DNA of 64,000 bases from contig OY970342.1 of NCBI GenBank assembly GCA_963717505.1, positions 640,001 to 704,000 on the forward strand, written 5' to 3'. The DNA is from Candidatus Eiseniibacteriota bacterium (GTDB lineage: Bacteria > Eisenbacteria > RBG-16-71-46). Below are positions 49,464 to 59,054 of this stretch, piece after piece (within the stretch, counting starts at the first letter, position 1; the number at the start of each line of letters is the position of its first letter). The translations under genes and the position numbers were made by a program. The notes beneath the pieces were generated by a model, which was given only the letters and a program-made list of their open reading frames with translations, made no database searches and had not been told where the DNA came from.

Positions 49464-50318
49464 ATGCGTTTCTCGTCAGATTTCGCGTGGTCCATGCGCG
49501 GTCGCCCACCGCTCCATCGTCAACGTCGCGCACTTCGTGTGTTCGTTGCCCCTTTCGCACTGGGCCTATTCGTCGGTTGCGGCTGGGACGGTTCATCGTC
49601 GGGATGCGATCCACCGCAAGCCTACGATGCCGGATCGCCACGAGTGTACTTCGCCCACGACACCCCGCCTTGTTCCCAGATGACGTACCCGGTCCGCGGC
49701 TCCGCGTCGCGGCTGATGGCGGCGTTCAGTTGTCCGGGGACTTCGTCGCGGTTCCTGGCAGCGGTAAAGGTCGACGGCGAGTTGTTGTCGCTGAGACCGG
49801 TCGAGTGCGCCGGTTACGGTGGTGACGTCACGATCGATCTGGGCACCTGGGAACCGGCAGACAGCGCGGAACACCTGGTCGAGGTGATTCTCGACCCCAT
49901 GGATCTCTTCGAGGAAACCGACGAGTCCAACAATCGCGTCGCGACTCAGGTTCGGGTCCAGGATCCCGACGTCGGCCTATACCCGCTCCAGTCCGGATTC
50001 GTGACGCAACAGGGATACTGGGTGACCGAAGTCAATTCCGGCGTGCCCGTGGACCTCCGGACCAGCGTCGAAGTGAATGGCGCCTACCCGCAAGCCACGG
50101 TGCGGATGCGTTCCGGGACGGATCTCGATGCCACTCTGACCCACTCGTTCCTGGACTGTCAGACGATGTGGTCCGAGGCTCAATTCGTCCATCGCTGGAC
50201 TCCGCCCGCCCCCGGCGACTACGACGTCGAGTTCAGCGTCGCGCCACCCGCCGGCGCCATCGATCGCGATCCCGCGAACAACGTCGTGGTCAAGAGGCTC
50301 AGAGTCTTTCCGCCCTGA
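49464..50318 (+). CDS. CARDB/Ig-like domain lipoprotein
   Basis: Lipobox FVGC; DPMDLFEETDESNN and DRDPANN CARDB-like ends. Start uncertain. Confidence 0.65.
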   Translation: MRFSSDFAWSMRGRPPLHRQRRALRVFVAPFALGLFVGCGWDGSSSGCDPPQAYDAGSPRVYFAHDTPPCSQMTYPVRGSASRLMAAFSCPGTSSRFLAAVKVDGELLSLRPVECAGYGGDVTIDLGTWEPADSAEHLVEVILDPMDLFEETDESNNRVATQVRVQDPDVGLYPLQSGFVTQQGYWVTEVNSGVPVDLRTSVEVNGAYPQATVRMRSGTDLDATLTHSFLDCQTMWSEAQFVHRWTPPAPGDYDVEFSVAPPAGAIDRDPANNVVVKRLRVFPP

Positions 50319-50457
50319 CAGCACGGTGATGCCACGTTACTAGCAGTGTGGGATTGCGCATGGGCGTTGATGGGAATATCCTGACCGCATCCCATGATCG
50401 CGCGTTGCCACGGACGGGCTGCTCTCCGGTTCCAATGCGCTCCCTGAGCGCGCTGCC

Positions 50458-51177
50458 ATGCGCCTGAGCTTGGCCGAGGCCGTTGGGTACCTGGGCGTCA
50501 GCGAGCACACGGCTCGACGCTGGATCCGGGACCGGGGTCTGCCGGTCCACCGAGCCGACGAGCGCCTGTTCGTCAACCCGGTCGAACTCTGGGAATGGGC
50601 CATCGAGCACAATGTCCCGGTATCCCCCGAGCTGCTCGAACAAGCTCGACGAACGCCCGAAGTCGTGGCCCCGATCTCGGAGCTGCTCGCAGCCGGCGGC
50701 ATTCACCACGACGTGCCGGGCGCGACCCCGAACGAAGTGCTGCGCGCCGTCGTCGGCCTCCTGCCACTGCCGGCTTCCGTCGACCGGGAGTTCCTCACGA
50801 CCGCGCTGGCCGGCCGTGAAGCCATGGGCTCGACCGGGATCGGGCATGGCATCGCCATCCCGCACGTGCGAAATCCCATCGTGCTGCAGGTGAACGACGC
50901 CTTGGTCAGCCTGTGCCTGCTGGCGCGACCTGTCGATTTCGGCGCCGTCGACGGGCAACCCGTCCACGCGCTGTTCACGGTCATCAGCCCGACGGTACCG
51001 ATGCACCTTCGCATCCTCGCAGCATTGAGTTTTCTGCTTCACGACCCCGAACTACGCCGGCTATTGCAGGAGAAGGCGCCCGCCCCGCGTCTGCTCGATC
51101 ACATGCGCACCCTCGAGCGCAGCGCTCGACCTGGAGGGGATGTGAAACCCCGCTCCGCCACCGGAACGAACTCGTGA
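50458..51177 (+). CDS. Excisionase-like HTH + PTS EIIA (Ntr/Fru-type) domain protein
   Basis: LAEAVGYLGVSEHTARRWI HTH; REAMGSTGIGHGIAIPH with phospho-acceptor His; DFGAVDG. Confidence 0.88.
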   Translation: MRLSLAEAVGYLGVSEHTARRWIRDRGLPVHRADERLFVNPVELWEWAIEHNVPVSPELLEQARRTPEVVAPISELLAAGGIHHDVPGATPNEVLRAVVGLLPLPASVDREFLTTALAGREAMGSTGIGHGIAIPHVRNPIVLQVNDALVSLCLLARPVDFGAVDGQPVHALFTVISPTVPMHLRILAALSFLLHDPELRRLLQEKAPAPRLLDHMRTLERSARPGGDVKPRSATGTNS

Positions 51178-53165
51178 CCTGGCTCGCCGCGGCCGCCGCA
51201 TGGTGGGTGTTGGGAGCTGCCCTCAGTTGGGTGCTGCAGAGCCGGCGGTCGGCATCCAGCGGTATCGCCGTGGTCACGACCGTCCTGGGCGCCGCCTGTC
51301 TGGCGGTCGCGGCGTTGCAGGGCTTCTCCGGCGGGGTCCGTGAATGGGAAGGTGCGTGGTCCCTGCCCTTTGGACCGGTGGCGCTGCGCCTCGATCCAAT
51401 TACCGCCGTGTTCCTGATGCCGATCGCGGTCATCGGCGCTCTCGGCAGCGTCTATGCCCCCGCCTACGGGAGATTGGGTCACGGCGATGGCCGGCTTCCG
51501 ATCCAGCTTGCGGCGTTCGAGCTGCTGCTGGCCAGCATGGCGCTCGTGGTGGTCGCCGCCAACACCGTGCTGCTACTCCTCGCCTGGGAATTGATGACGA
51601 TCACGTCGTGGTATCTGCTGTCGAGCGATCACCACGTTCGCGAGGTCCGCGCGGCCGGCCTCAACTACCTCATCGCCGGCCACGTCAGTGGTGGGGCACT
51701 CGCGCTCCTGTTCGTCCTCATGGCCGAGGCGAGTGGGGGCTGGCGAGTGCCGCTGTTGCCGATTGCGTTCGCCGGGATTGGCGCCCCAGTACCGGCGGCC
51801 TTCTTCGTGCTGGCGCTGATCGGCTTCGGCACCAAGGCTGCCGTCGCCCCGTTTCACGTCTGGCTGCCTGATGCTCACGCTGCGGCGCCGAGCCACGTCT
51901 CGGCGCTCATGTCCGGCGTGCTCATCACGCTCGGCTTCTATGGCATCGTGCGTTTCGTGCCCGTGCTCGGGCCCGAGACCCGGGCCTCGGCCATGGTTCT
52001 CATGGCCCTCGGCGCGATGGGTGCGTGCGGCGGCATCGTGATGGCGCTCAGCCAGAGCGACGTCAAACGGGCGCTGGCCTACTCCACGATCGAGAACGCC
52101 GGATTGATCGCGCTGAGCATCGGTGCGGCACTCCTGGCTACGGCCGCCGGGCAACCTCTGGTCGCCGCCCTGGCGTGGAGTGCCGCGCTGCTTCACGTCT
52201 GGAACCACGCGGTGGCCAAGGGGCTCTTGTTCTTCGCCGCCGGCGCCATCGCGGCGATCGTTGGCAGCCGCGACCTCGAGCGTTGGGGTGGACTCCTGCG
52301 CCGGCTGCCACTTCTCGGGAGCACGTTGCTGATCGGCGGGGCGGCGCTTGCGGCACTCCCGGGAACCCATGGATTCGCGAGCGAGTGGTTGTTGCTGCTG
52401 TCGCTCTTCCGCGGCAGTCACGGACTTGCCGGGCCCGATCGGCTGGCGATGCTCCTGGCGGTCGTGGCGGTCACATTCACCGCCGGCGCCGCTCTGGCCT
52501 GCTTCGTCCGCATCGTGGGTATTGGACTGCTCGGCCATCCGCGCAGTTCGGCGGCGGCCGAAGCCCGCTCGCCCGGAGGCGCGGGACTCGCGTTTCCGGT
52601 CACTGTGCTGGCCGGCGCCTGTTTCGCTCTGGTCTTTCTCCTGCGCCCGATGCTGGCGCTCATTGGCCGGGCGGTTGACCAGCTCGCCCCCGGGGCTCCG
52701 CTCGACCAGGTACAGCGCTTGGCATCACCGCTGTCCTGGCTCGCGGCTCTGCCGCCGGTCACCGCGGTCGCTTTCCTCCTCTACCGCGCCTGGCTCGTGC
52801 GCACGCGCTCCATTCGGAAGTCCGTCACCTGGGACTGCGGCTATGCACGCCCCGAGCCTTCCATGCAGTACACGGCAAGCTCGCTGCCACAACCGATCAC
52901 CCAACTGCTGCAACCGGCGCTGCGAACTTCCGTGCGCTGGCGGCCACCCCAAGGGCTGTGGCCGGACGCCATGCACTGGGAGTCGCGAACGCCGGAGCGC
53001 GCACTGGCCGAGTTCTATCGGCCGGCCTTCCTGCGTCTGGCCGAACTCCTCGGCTTCTTCGGGCGACTGCAGGAAGGCCGCGTAATGGTCTACCTGCGAT
53101 ACGTCGGCGTGGCGCTGCTGCTCCTGCTCGTCTGGTTCTTCTGGCCGTCGGAGGGACCGCGATGA
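51174..53165 (+). CDS. hyfB: Hydrogenase-4 component B-like proton-antiporter subunit (Ehr complex)
   Basis: GTGA overlap; AWELM, PFHVWLPDAH, LAYSTIEN, NHAVAKGLLF, TWDCGY, MQYTASS. Confidence 0.85.
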   Translation: MTWLAAAAAWWVLGAALSWVLQSRRSASSGIAVVTTVLGAACLAVAALQGFSGGVREWEGAWSLPFGPVALRLDPITAVFLMPIAVIGALGSVYAPAYGRLGHGDGRLPIQLAAFELLLASMALVVVAANTVLLLLAWELMTITSWYLLSSDHHVREVRAAGLNYLIAGHVSGGALALLFVLMAEASGGWRVPLLPIAFAGIGAPVPAAFFVLALIGFGTKAAVAPFHVWLPDAHAAAPSHVSALMSGVLITLGFYGIVRFVPVLGPETRASAMVLMALGAMGACGGIVMALSQSDVKRALAYSTIENAGLIALSIGAALLATAAGQPLVAALAWSAALLHVWNHAVAKGLLFFAAGAIAAIVGSRDLERWGGLLRRLPLLGSTLLIGGAALAALPGTHGFASEWLLLLSLFRGSHGLAGPDRLAMLLAVVAVTFTAGAALACFVRIVGIGLLGHPRSSAAAEARSPGGAGLAFPVTVLAGACFALVFLLRPMLALIGRAVDQLAPGAPLDQVQRLASPLSWLAALPPVTAVAFLLYRAWLVRTRSIRKSVTWDCGYARPEPSMQYTASSLPQPITQLLQPALRTSVRWRPPQGLWPDAMHWESRTPERALAEFYRPAFLRLAELLGFFGRLQEGRVMVYLRYVGVALLLLLVWFFWPSEGPR

Positions 53166-54067
53166 GCGCCGCGCTCACCTTCGCGCTCGTGTTGTTGCTC
53201 GCGCCGCTGCTCCCCGCGGTCGCGGCCAGAACCGTGGCGACCCTGACCGGGCGCCGCGGCATCCCATTGCTCCAGCCCTACCGCGATCTGCTCCGCCTGC
53301 TCGGCAAGGGCCTGGTCTACAGCGAGGTGGCGACCTGGGTGTTCCGCCTGGCGCCCATGGTCTGGGTGGGCGGCGCCGTCGGCGCCGCGGCATTGATCCC
53401 GCTCGACGGACGGTCCGCCGTGGTGCAGTTCCCGGGCGATCTCGTGCTCTTCACCGGGCTATTGGCGCTCGGCCGCTTTGCTCTGACGCTTGCGGCACTC
53501 GATACCGGCTCGAGCTTCGAGGGAATGGGAGCGAGTCGCGAGCTGCTGATCGGCGTCCTGGCCGAACCCGTCCTGTTCCTCGGCTTGCTCACGCTCTCGA
53601 TCGCCACCGGTGGCAGCTCGCTCTCCGAGCTGCTCGGCTCTCCGGTGGGCCCGGCCTGGGCGCACGCTGGCGCGTCGCTGATCATGGTCGCGTTGAGTCT
53701 GGGAATGCTGCTCCTGGCCGAGGCCGCTCGTGGTCCGATCGACGACCCTTCGACGCATCTCGAGCTGACCATGATCCACGAGGTCATGGTGCTCGATCAC
53801 AGCGGCCCCGATCTCGCTTTGATCCTCTACGGCAGCGCGCTCCGTTTCGCACTGTTCGCCGCTTTGCTCGTGACGCTCGTCTGGCCGGGAACCGATCTCA
53901 CGGAGCTTGCGGCCGCCGGCCGCCTGGGCCTTGGACTCCTGGGAGTGGCGGTGGTCGTCGGCGTGGTCGAATCTTCCATGGCTCGGCTACGCATGATCCG
54001 AATCCCGCAGTACCTGGTGAGCGCCGGCGTGTTGGCAAGCCTCGGCGCGCTCCTGCTCTTGCGCTAG
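53162..54067 (+). CDS. hyfC: HyfC/HycD (NuoH-like) membrane subunit
   Basis: QPYRDL, DTGSSFEGMGASRE, DDPSTHLELTMIHEVM. Confidence 0.85.
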   Translation: MSAALTFALVLLLAPLLPAVAARTVATLTGRRGIPLLQPYRDLLRLLGKGLVYSEVATWVFRLAPMVWVGGAVGAAALIPLDGRSAVVQFPGDLVLFTGLLALGRFALTLAALDTGSSFEGMGASRELLIGVLAEPVLFLGLLTLSIATGGSSLSELLGSPVGPAWAHAGASLIMVALSLGMLLLAEAARGPIDDPSTHLELTMIHEVMVLDHSGPDLALILYGSALRFALFAALLVTLVWPGTDLTELAAAGRLGLGLLGVAVVVGVVESSMARLRMIRIPQYLVSAGVLASLGALLLLR

Positions 54068-54070
54068 ATC

Positions 54071-54712
54071 ATGATCCCACTCTCCGAAGCCTTGCTGCTC
54101 CTGGTCCTGCTCGGCAACTTCGCGGTGCTGGCTGCGAGCCGACTCACGTTCACCATCCGCGCCACCGCCTTCCAGGGCGTGCTGCTGGGCTTGCTGCCGC
54201 TGGCGATTCACCCGCCATGGCACGCCGAGAATCTCCTGCTGGCGGGAGGCACGCTGGTCGTGAAGGGCCTGGTGCTGCCCAACGTGCTGTTGTGGGCGAT
54301 GCGCGAGGCGGCGGTGCGGCGTGAGGTGGAGCCGAGCCTCGGACCGCTCAGCTCGGTGGCTGCGGGCGTGGTGGCGCTCGGACTGTCGTTGGCCATCGGC
54401 AACCATCTGCCGGCACTCGACCCCAACCTGCCACGCTTGCTGATGGCGACGTCGCTGGCCACGGTTCTTTCCGGCTTCATCGTCCTCATGACACGGCGCA
54501 AGGCGATGACCCAGGTCGTCGGCTACCTGATGCTCGAAAACGGCGTCTACATCTTCGGCATGATCCTCGCCGGACGAGTGCCCCTGTTGGTGGAACTGGG
54601 TGTGCTCCTCGATCTGCTGGTCGGCGTGTTCATCATGGGGCTCGTGGTGTTCCATATGAACCGCGAGCTCGAATCGCTCGACTCGACGCGGCTCTCGGAG
54701 TTGCGGGAGTGA
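54071..54712 (+). CDS. hyfE: HyfE-like membrane subunit
   Basis: QVVGYLMLENG, VELGVLLD. Confidence 0.85.
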   Translation: MIPLSEALLLLVLLGNFAVLAASRLTFTIRATAFQGVLLGLLPLAIHPPWHAENLLLAGGTLVVKGLVLPNVLLWAMREAAVRREVEPSLGPLSSVAAGVVALGLSLAIGNHLPALDPNLPRLLMATSLATVLSGFIVLMTRRKAMTQVVGYLMLENGVYIFGMILAGRVPLLVELGVLLDLLVGVFIMGLVVFHMNRELESLDSTRLSELRE

Positions 54713-56133
54713 GCCTCCTCGCGCTTCTCCTGGTGCCGATCGGTGGGGCGGCGGTCGCAGCACTCGATCCGCTGCGCGCGCGTCGCCTGGTCTGGCTGGT
54801 CCTCGCGGCGGCGGCGCATCTCACGCTGCTCGGTCTCGCCTGGGCGGGGCGGCTTGGAGACTCGGCGGTGCTGTGGCTCACCTTCGACCCGCTCGGCGGC
54901 CTGACGTTGACTCTGGTCAGCGTCGTGTTCCTGGCGGTCGCGGTCTACAGCGCCGCCTACCTGAGGAGCCAAGTGCCGCGCGGTGGTCGCGCCTATGAGG
55001 CGTGTCTGCTCGGCTTCCTGGGGTCGGCATCGGTCGTGTGCCTGACCGATCACTTCGGCGCACTTTGGGTGGCCATGGAAGCCACCACGCTTGCGACCGC
55101 GCCGCTCATCTACGATCCGCGCGACCGGCACTCGATCGAGGCGGTGTGGAAGTACCTACTCATCTGCTCGGTCGGCATCGCGCTGGCGCTGCTCGGCACC
55201 TTCCTGCTCGCACTCGCGCAAGGCGTGGCAACGGATGCCCCGAACCTGCTCCGGTCGTCGCTGGTCGCCGGGGTCGGACTGCACCCGGTGTGGTTCAAGG
55301 CGGCCTTCGTGTTTCTCTTCATCGGCTACGGCACCAAGGCCGGGCTCGCGCCCATGCACACCTGGCTCCCCGACGCCCACGGAGAAGCTCCGTCTCCGAT
55401 CTCGGCCCTGTTGTCGGGTGCGCTGATCAATGTCGCGTTCCTCGCCATTCTGCGCGTCGTCCAGGTCGGGTACGCGGCCGGCCAGCAGGCATTGCTCTCA
55501 CCGGTGTTGATCGGCTTCGGTCTGGGATCCGTCCTGCTGGCCACCGCCCTCTTGCTGCGACAAACCAACTACAAGCGCATGCTGGCCTACTCGAGCATCG
55601 AGCACATGGGAATTCTCGCGATCGGCTGCGGGCTGGGTCAGGCCGCCACCTACGGCGCCCTCCTGCACATGCTCGGGTCCTCGTTGTGCAAGGCGCTGCT
55701 CTTCCTGGTCGCGGGCACCATCCTGATCGAGTACCGCTCGAAGCGGATCGCCGACGTGTCCGGCCTGCTCCAGCGCTTGCCCGTGTCCGGCGCTCTGTTT
55801 CTGGCGGGATTCTTCGTGCTGGTCGGCGCTCCGCCGTTCCCGTTGTTCTTCAGCCAGCTCGCGATCCTCCGGGGCGCGTTCCAGGCCGGCCAGCCTTGGG
55901 TGGCTGCCGGCATGGTGGCGATGCAACTGGTCGCGTTCATCGGTCTCGGCGTACGAGTCGTCTCGATGGTTCAGGGTGAATCCACGGCGGTCGGCCCTCG
56001 CCCCCGCGAGAGCGCATGGCTTCACGCGTCCCCCGCGGCGTTGCTGGTGGTTGCGCTCATGGTGGGTCTCGCGCCCTCGATCCAAGGGGTTTTGGCGGCT
56101 GCCGCCGCGACGCTGGGAGGCACGGCGCCATGA
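54709..56133 (+). CDS. hyfF: HyfF-like proton-antiporter subunit
   Basis: WVAMEATTL, EAVWKY, PMHTWLPDAH, KRMLAYSSIEHMG. Confidence 0.87.
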   Translation: MSLLALLLVPIGGAAVAALDPLRARRLVWLVLAAAAHLTLLGLAWAGRLGDSAVLWLTFDPLGGLTLTLVSVVFLAVAVYSAAYLRSQVPRGGRAYEACLLGFLGSASVVCLTDHFGALWVAMEATTLATAPLIYDPRDRHSIEAVWKYLLICSVGIALALLGTFLLALAQGVATDAPNLLRSSLVAGVGLHPVWFKAAFVFLFIGYGTKAGLAPMHTWLPDAHGEAPSPISALLSGALINVAFLAILRVVQVGYAAGQQALLSPVLIGFGLGSVLLATALLLRQTNYKRMLAYSSIEHMGILAIGCGLGQAATYGALLHMLGSSLCKALLFLVAGTILIEYRSKRIADVSGLLQRLPVSGALFLAGFFVLVGAPPFPLFFSQLAILRGAFQAGQPWVAAGMVAMQLVAFIGLGVRVVSMVQGESTAVGPRPRESAWLHASPAALLVVALMVGLAPSIQGVLAAAAATLGGTAP

Positions 56134-57641
56134 GTGGCGTGATGGGACCGATGCTCCGCAATCGTTGGGCGATGGCGTGGAGCGACGTGCCGCTGCTCGG
56201 CGCCGGCGCATTCCGCGAGCAGGTCCTCCATGCGATGCGCGACGGCGCTCGACTTTGCCAGCTGTTCGGGGTCCCCGAGACCGGCCGGGAAACCCGCGTC
56301 GTGGCCGTGCTGGCCGACGACGGTGCCGGGCGCCTGGGCGTGCTGTCCACGCTCGTCACCGATGCTTATCCGGCGCTCACCCCCGACTGCCCTTCGGCGC
56401 ATGGTTTCGAACGCGAGCTGGCCGAGCAGTGCGGGCTGGTCCCCGACGGCCATCCGTGGCTCAAGCCGTTGCGTCGCCACCCCCCGGATCACTTGCCGCC
56501 CGGCCGGCCGGCCGGGGCCTACGATCGCGAGGCTTACCCGTTCAGCCGCGTGGCCGGGGGCCAGGTCCATGAAGTGGCGGTGGGCCCCGTCCACGCAGGC
56601 GTCATCGAGCCCGGTCATTTCCGGTTCCAGGCCCATGGCGAGGACGTGCTGTTCCTCGAGATCATGCTCGGTTACCAGCACCGCGGCGTCGAGCGCCTGC
56701 TCGAGACCCTGCCGCTCGAACGCGCCGTGCTGGTCGCCGAGTCCATTGCCGGCGATACGGTCGTCGGCCACGCCGAGGCCTTCTGCGGCGCCATCGAGGC
56801 GCTTGGCCGCTGCCAGAAGGGGGTGCGTGCCCAGTCGATCCGCGCGATCGCCCTCGAGCTCGAACGCCTGGCGAACCACTTCGGCGATCTGGGCGCGCTG
56901 GCCGGCGATATCGCCTACGCCCCGGCGGCGGCGTATTTCGGGCGCATGCGCGGCGACTGCCTGAACATGCTGCTGGAACTCTCCGGCAACCGCTATGGCC
57001 GCGGGCTCGTCCGGCCCGGGGGCGTCGGCTTCGACCTCACCCCGGCGATGGCGATGGACTTCGACCGGCGGCTCGGGAACCTCGCTCTGGACGTGGACCG
57101 CATCGGCGCGCTGTTCTTCGAGAACGAGTCGGTCCGGGCGCGGCTCGAAGGGGTTGGCGCGGTGACGCGAGCGGCATGCGAGGAGTTTGGCTTCGTCGGC
57201 CCCACGGCGCGCGCCTGCAACGTGCCCCGCGACGTTCGCCACGATCACCCGTACGGGGCGTTTCGGTTCACGCAGATTCCGGTCGCTACCGCATGGGCCG
57301 GCGACGTCGCGGCGCGGGCGCTGGTGCGCCGTCTCGAGGTGATTCGTTCACTGGAATTCCTGCGCGAGCAGATCGCCCATCTCCCGGCCGGGCGCCTCCG
57401 TCAGCCTCCGGAACATCTACGGCCTAACGAATTCGTGGTCGCCATCACCGAAGGCTGGCGCGGGGAGATCGCGCACGCCGTACTGACCGACGCGAACGGA
57501 CGGATACGTCGCCACAAGGTGAAGGATCCCTCGTTCCACAACTGGTCGGCGCTCGCCCTCGCCATGCAGGGAAATCAGATTTCGGATTTTCCGCTGTGCA
57601 ACAAGAGCTTCAACCTCTCGTACGCCGGCCATGATCTCTAG
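56130..57641 (+). CDS. hyfG: HyfG/HycE-like (NuoCD) large subunit lacking Ni-Fe cysteines (EhrL)
   Basis: VGPVHAGVIEPGHFRF, GYQHRG, EGWRGE, DPSFHNW. ESIAGD replaces RxCGxC and NKSFNLSY replaces DPCxxC. Confidence 0.87.
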   Translation: MSGVMGPMLRNRWAMAWSDVPLLGAGAFREQVLHAMRDGARLCQLFGVPETGRETRVVAVLADDGAGRLGVLSTLVTDAYPALTPDCPSAHGFERELAEQCGLVPDGHPWLKPLRRHPPDHLPPGRPAGAYDREAYPFSRVAGGQVHEVAVGPVHAGVIEPGHFRFQAHGEDVLFLEIMLGYQHRGVERLLETLPLERAVLVAESIAGDTVVGHAEAFCGAIEALGRCQKGVRAQSIRAIALELERLANHFGDLGALAGDIAYAPAAAYFGRMRGDCLNMLLELSGNRYGRGLVRPGGVGFDLTPAMAMDFDRRLGNLALDVDRIGALFFENESVRARLEGVGAVTRAACEEFGFVGPTARACNVPRDVRHDHPYGAFRFTQIPVATAWAGDVAARALVRRLEVIRSLEFLREQIAHLPAGRLRQPPEHLRPNEFVVAITEGWRGEIAHAVLTDANGRIRRHKVKDPSFHNWSALALAMQGNQISDFPLCNKSFNLSYAGHDL

Positions 57642-57679
57642 CCCGTGCACGACGTACATGCCGTCGGGAGAACACGACG

Positions 57680-58471
57680 ATGATTAGGATGATCCTGGCG
57701 CGCCTGCGACAAGGCCGGCGCACGATGTCCTTCCCGCCCCCCGACCCCGCGCTGCCCGAGCGTTTCCGCGGGCGTCCGGTGCTCGACGGCGAACGTTGCC
57801 GGGCGGCGACCGAAACCTGTGGCGCACGGCACACGGCGGGCGCCCTGCGTCATGATGCCGGCCGGCCGCCGAGCGTCGACCTTGGGGCATCGCTGTTCTG
57901 TCCCGAGGAGTCGGCCGCGTGTCCCCAGGGGGCCCTGCGTTTCGGCAGCGATTACGCCATGGCGACCCGTACACGCGAAGCACTGGTCACCGGGACCGGC
58001 GAGGTGGCCCTGGCCAACGCACTCGAGGATCGCGCTCGACGGCTGTTCGGCCGCTCTCTGCGACTGCGATCGGTCTCGGCCGGAAGCTGCAATGGCTGCG
58101 AGGCGGAGCTGGTCGCGCTCGGCAACGTCGTCTTCGATCTCGGGCGCTTTGGCGTCCAGTTCGTGGCCTCGCCGCGCCACGCGGACGGAATCGTGATCAC
58201 CGGCGCGGTCAGCCAGAACATGCGGCTCGCCCTGGAGAAGACCTATGCCGCCACCCCCGATCCGAGACTCGTGATCGCCGTCGGCAGTTGCGCCATCAGC
58301 GGCGGCCCGTTTGTCGGGAGCCCCGAAGTCCTCGACGGCGTCCCGTCCGGGATTCCAGTGGATCTCTACGTTCCCGGTTGCCCGCCGCATCCGCTGACCA
58401 TGGTCGACGGATTGCTCCGGCTGCTGGGACGACTCGAGGCGAGAGGTGGGCGCGCTATCCGCGTCGGCTGA
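57680..58471 (+). CDS. hyfI: Fused HyfH(ferredoxin)-HyfI(NuoB-like) small subunit (EhrS)
   Basis: GSCNGCE, ASPRHAD, VGSCA and PGCPP intact; N-terminal ferredoxin region degenerate. Confidence 0.85.
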   Translation: MIRMILARLRQGRRTMSFPPPDPALPERFRGRPVLDGERCRAATETCGARHTAGALRHDAGRPPSVDLGASLFCPEESAACPQGALRFGSDYAMATRTREALVTGTGEVALANALEDRARRLFGRSLRLRSVSAGSCNGCEAELVALGNVVFDLGRFGVQFVASPRHADGIVITGAVSQNMRLALEKTYAATPDPRLVIAVGSCAISGGPFVGSPEVLDGVPSGIPVDLYVPGCPPHPLTMVDGLLRLLGRLEARGGRAIRVG

Positions 58472-59054
58472 CGGCGGTCCGGGCCAGCGCCCGATGCCGA
58501 AAGCAGTCCACGGTGTGGTCGTTGACCATACCCACCGCTTGCATGAACGCGTACATGATGGTCGGGCCGACGAAGCGAAAACCGCGCTTCTTGAGCGCCT
58601 TCGACAGCGCGCTCGCCTCCTCGGTGACCGGAGGAATCTCGCGCAGGGCGCGCCACCGGTTCTGGATCGGCTTGCCGTCCACGAACTCCCAGAGCCACGA
58701 GCTGAAGGTGCCGTGCTCCTCGCGCAGCTCGAGGAAGGCCCGGGCGTTGCCGATCGCGGATTCGACTTTGAGCCGGTTGCGGATGATGCCGGGATCGGCC
58801 ATCAACCGGCGGACGTCGGCGCGCGTGAAGCGGGCGACCTTTTGCGGATCGAATCCGGCGAACGCCTTTCGGTAGCCGGCGCGGCGGTTCAAGATCGTCT
58901 CCCACGACAGCCCGGCCTGGGCGCCTTCCAGGATCAGCATCTCGAACAGCCGGCGGTCGTTGCGCACCGGGACGCCCCACTCGCGGTCGTGGTAGGCGAC
59001 GTAGAGCGAATTCGAGAGCTTGGCCCAGCCGCAGCGACGAGGCGTGGCGCTCAC
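58455..59054 (-). CDS. tag: DNA-3-methyladenine glycosylase I
   Basis: RCGW, YHDREWG, LEGAQAGLSW, IIRNRLK, FVGPT, NDHTVDC. GTG start overlapping the upstream stop. Confidence 0.93.
   Translation of the reverse strand: MSATPRRCGWAKLSNSLYVAYHDREWGVPVRNDRRLFEMLILEGAQAGLSWETILNRRAGYRKAFAGFDPQKVARFTRADVRRLMADPGIIRNRLKVESAIGNARAFLELREEHGTFSSWLWEFVDGKPIQNRWRALREIPPVTEEASALSKALKKRGFRFVGPTIMYAFMQAVGMVNDHTVDCFRHRALARTAVSRRG

Noticed and set aside
46977-50318. Slightly more AT-rich codon usage suggesting a genomic island
   Set aside because: Only an impression by eye; no flanking repeats or mobility genes.
50319-50457. Sigma-54 promoter linking the FhlA-like activator to the ehr operon
   Set aside because: The closest match, CAGCACGGTGATGC, lacks the invariant GG.
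50458-50620. Excisionase-like HTH as a sign of a prophage or ICE
   Set aside because: It is fused to PTS EIIA, and no integrase, att site or tRNA is nearby.
51174-58471. Formate hydrogenlyase / true [NiFe] hydrogenase-4
   Set aside because: Ni-binding cysteines are absent, and no fdh, hyp or endopeptidase genes are present.
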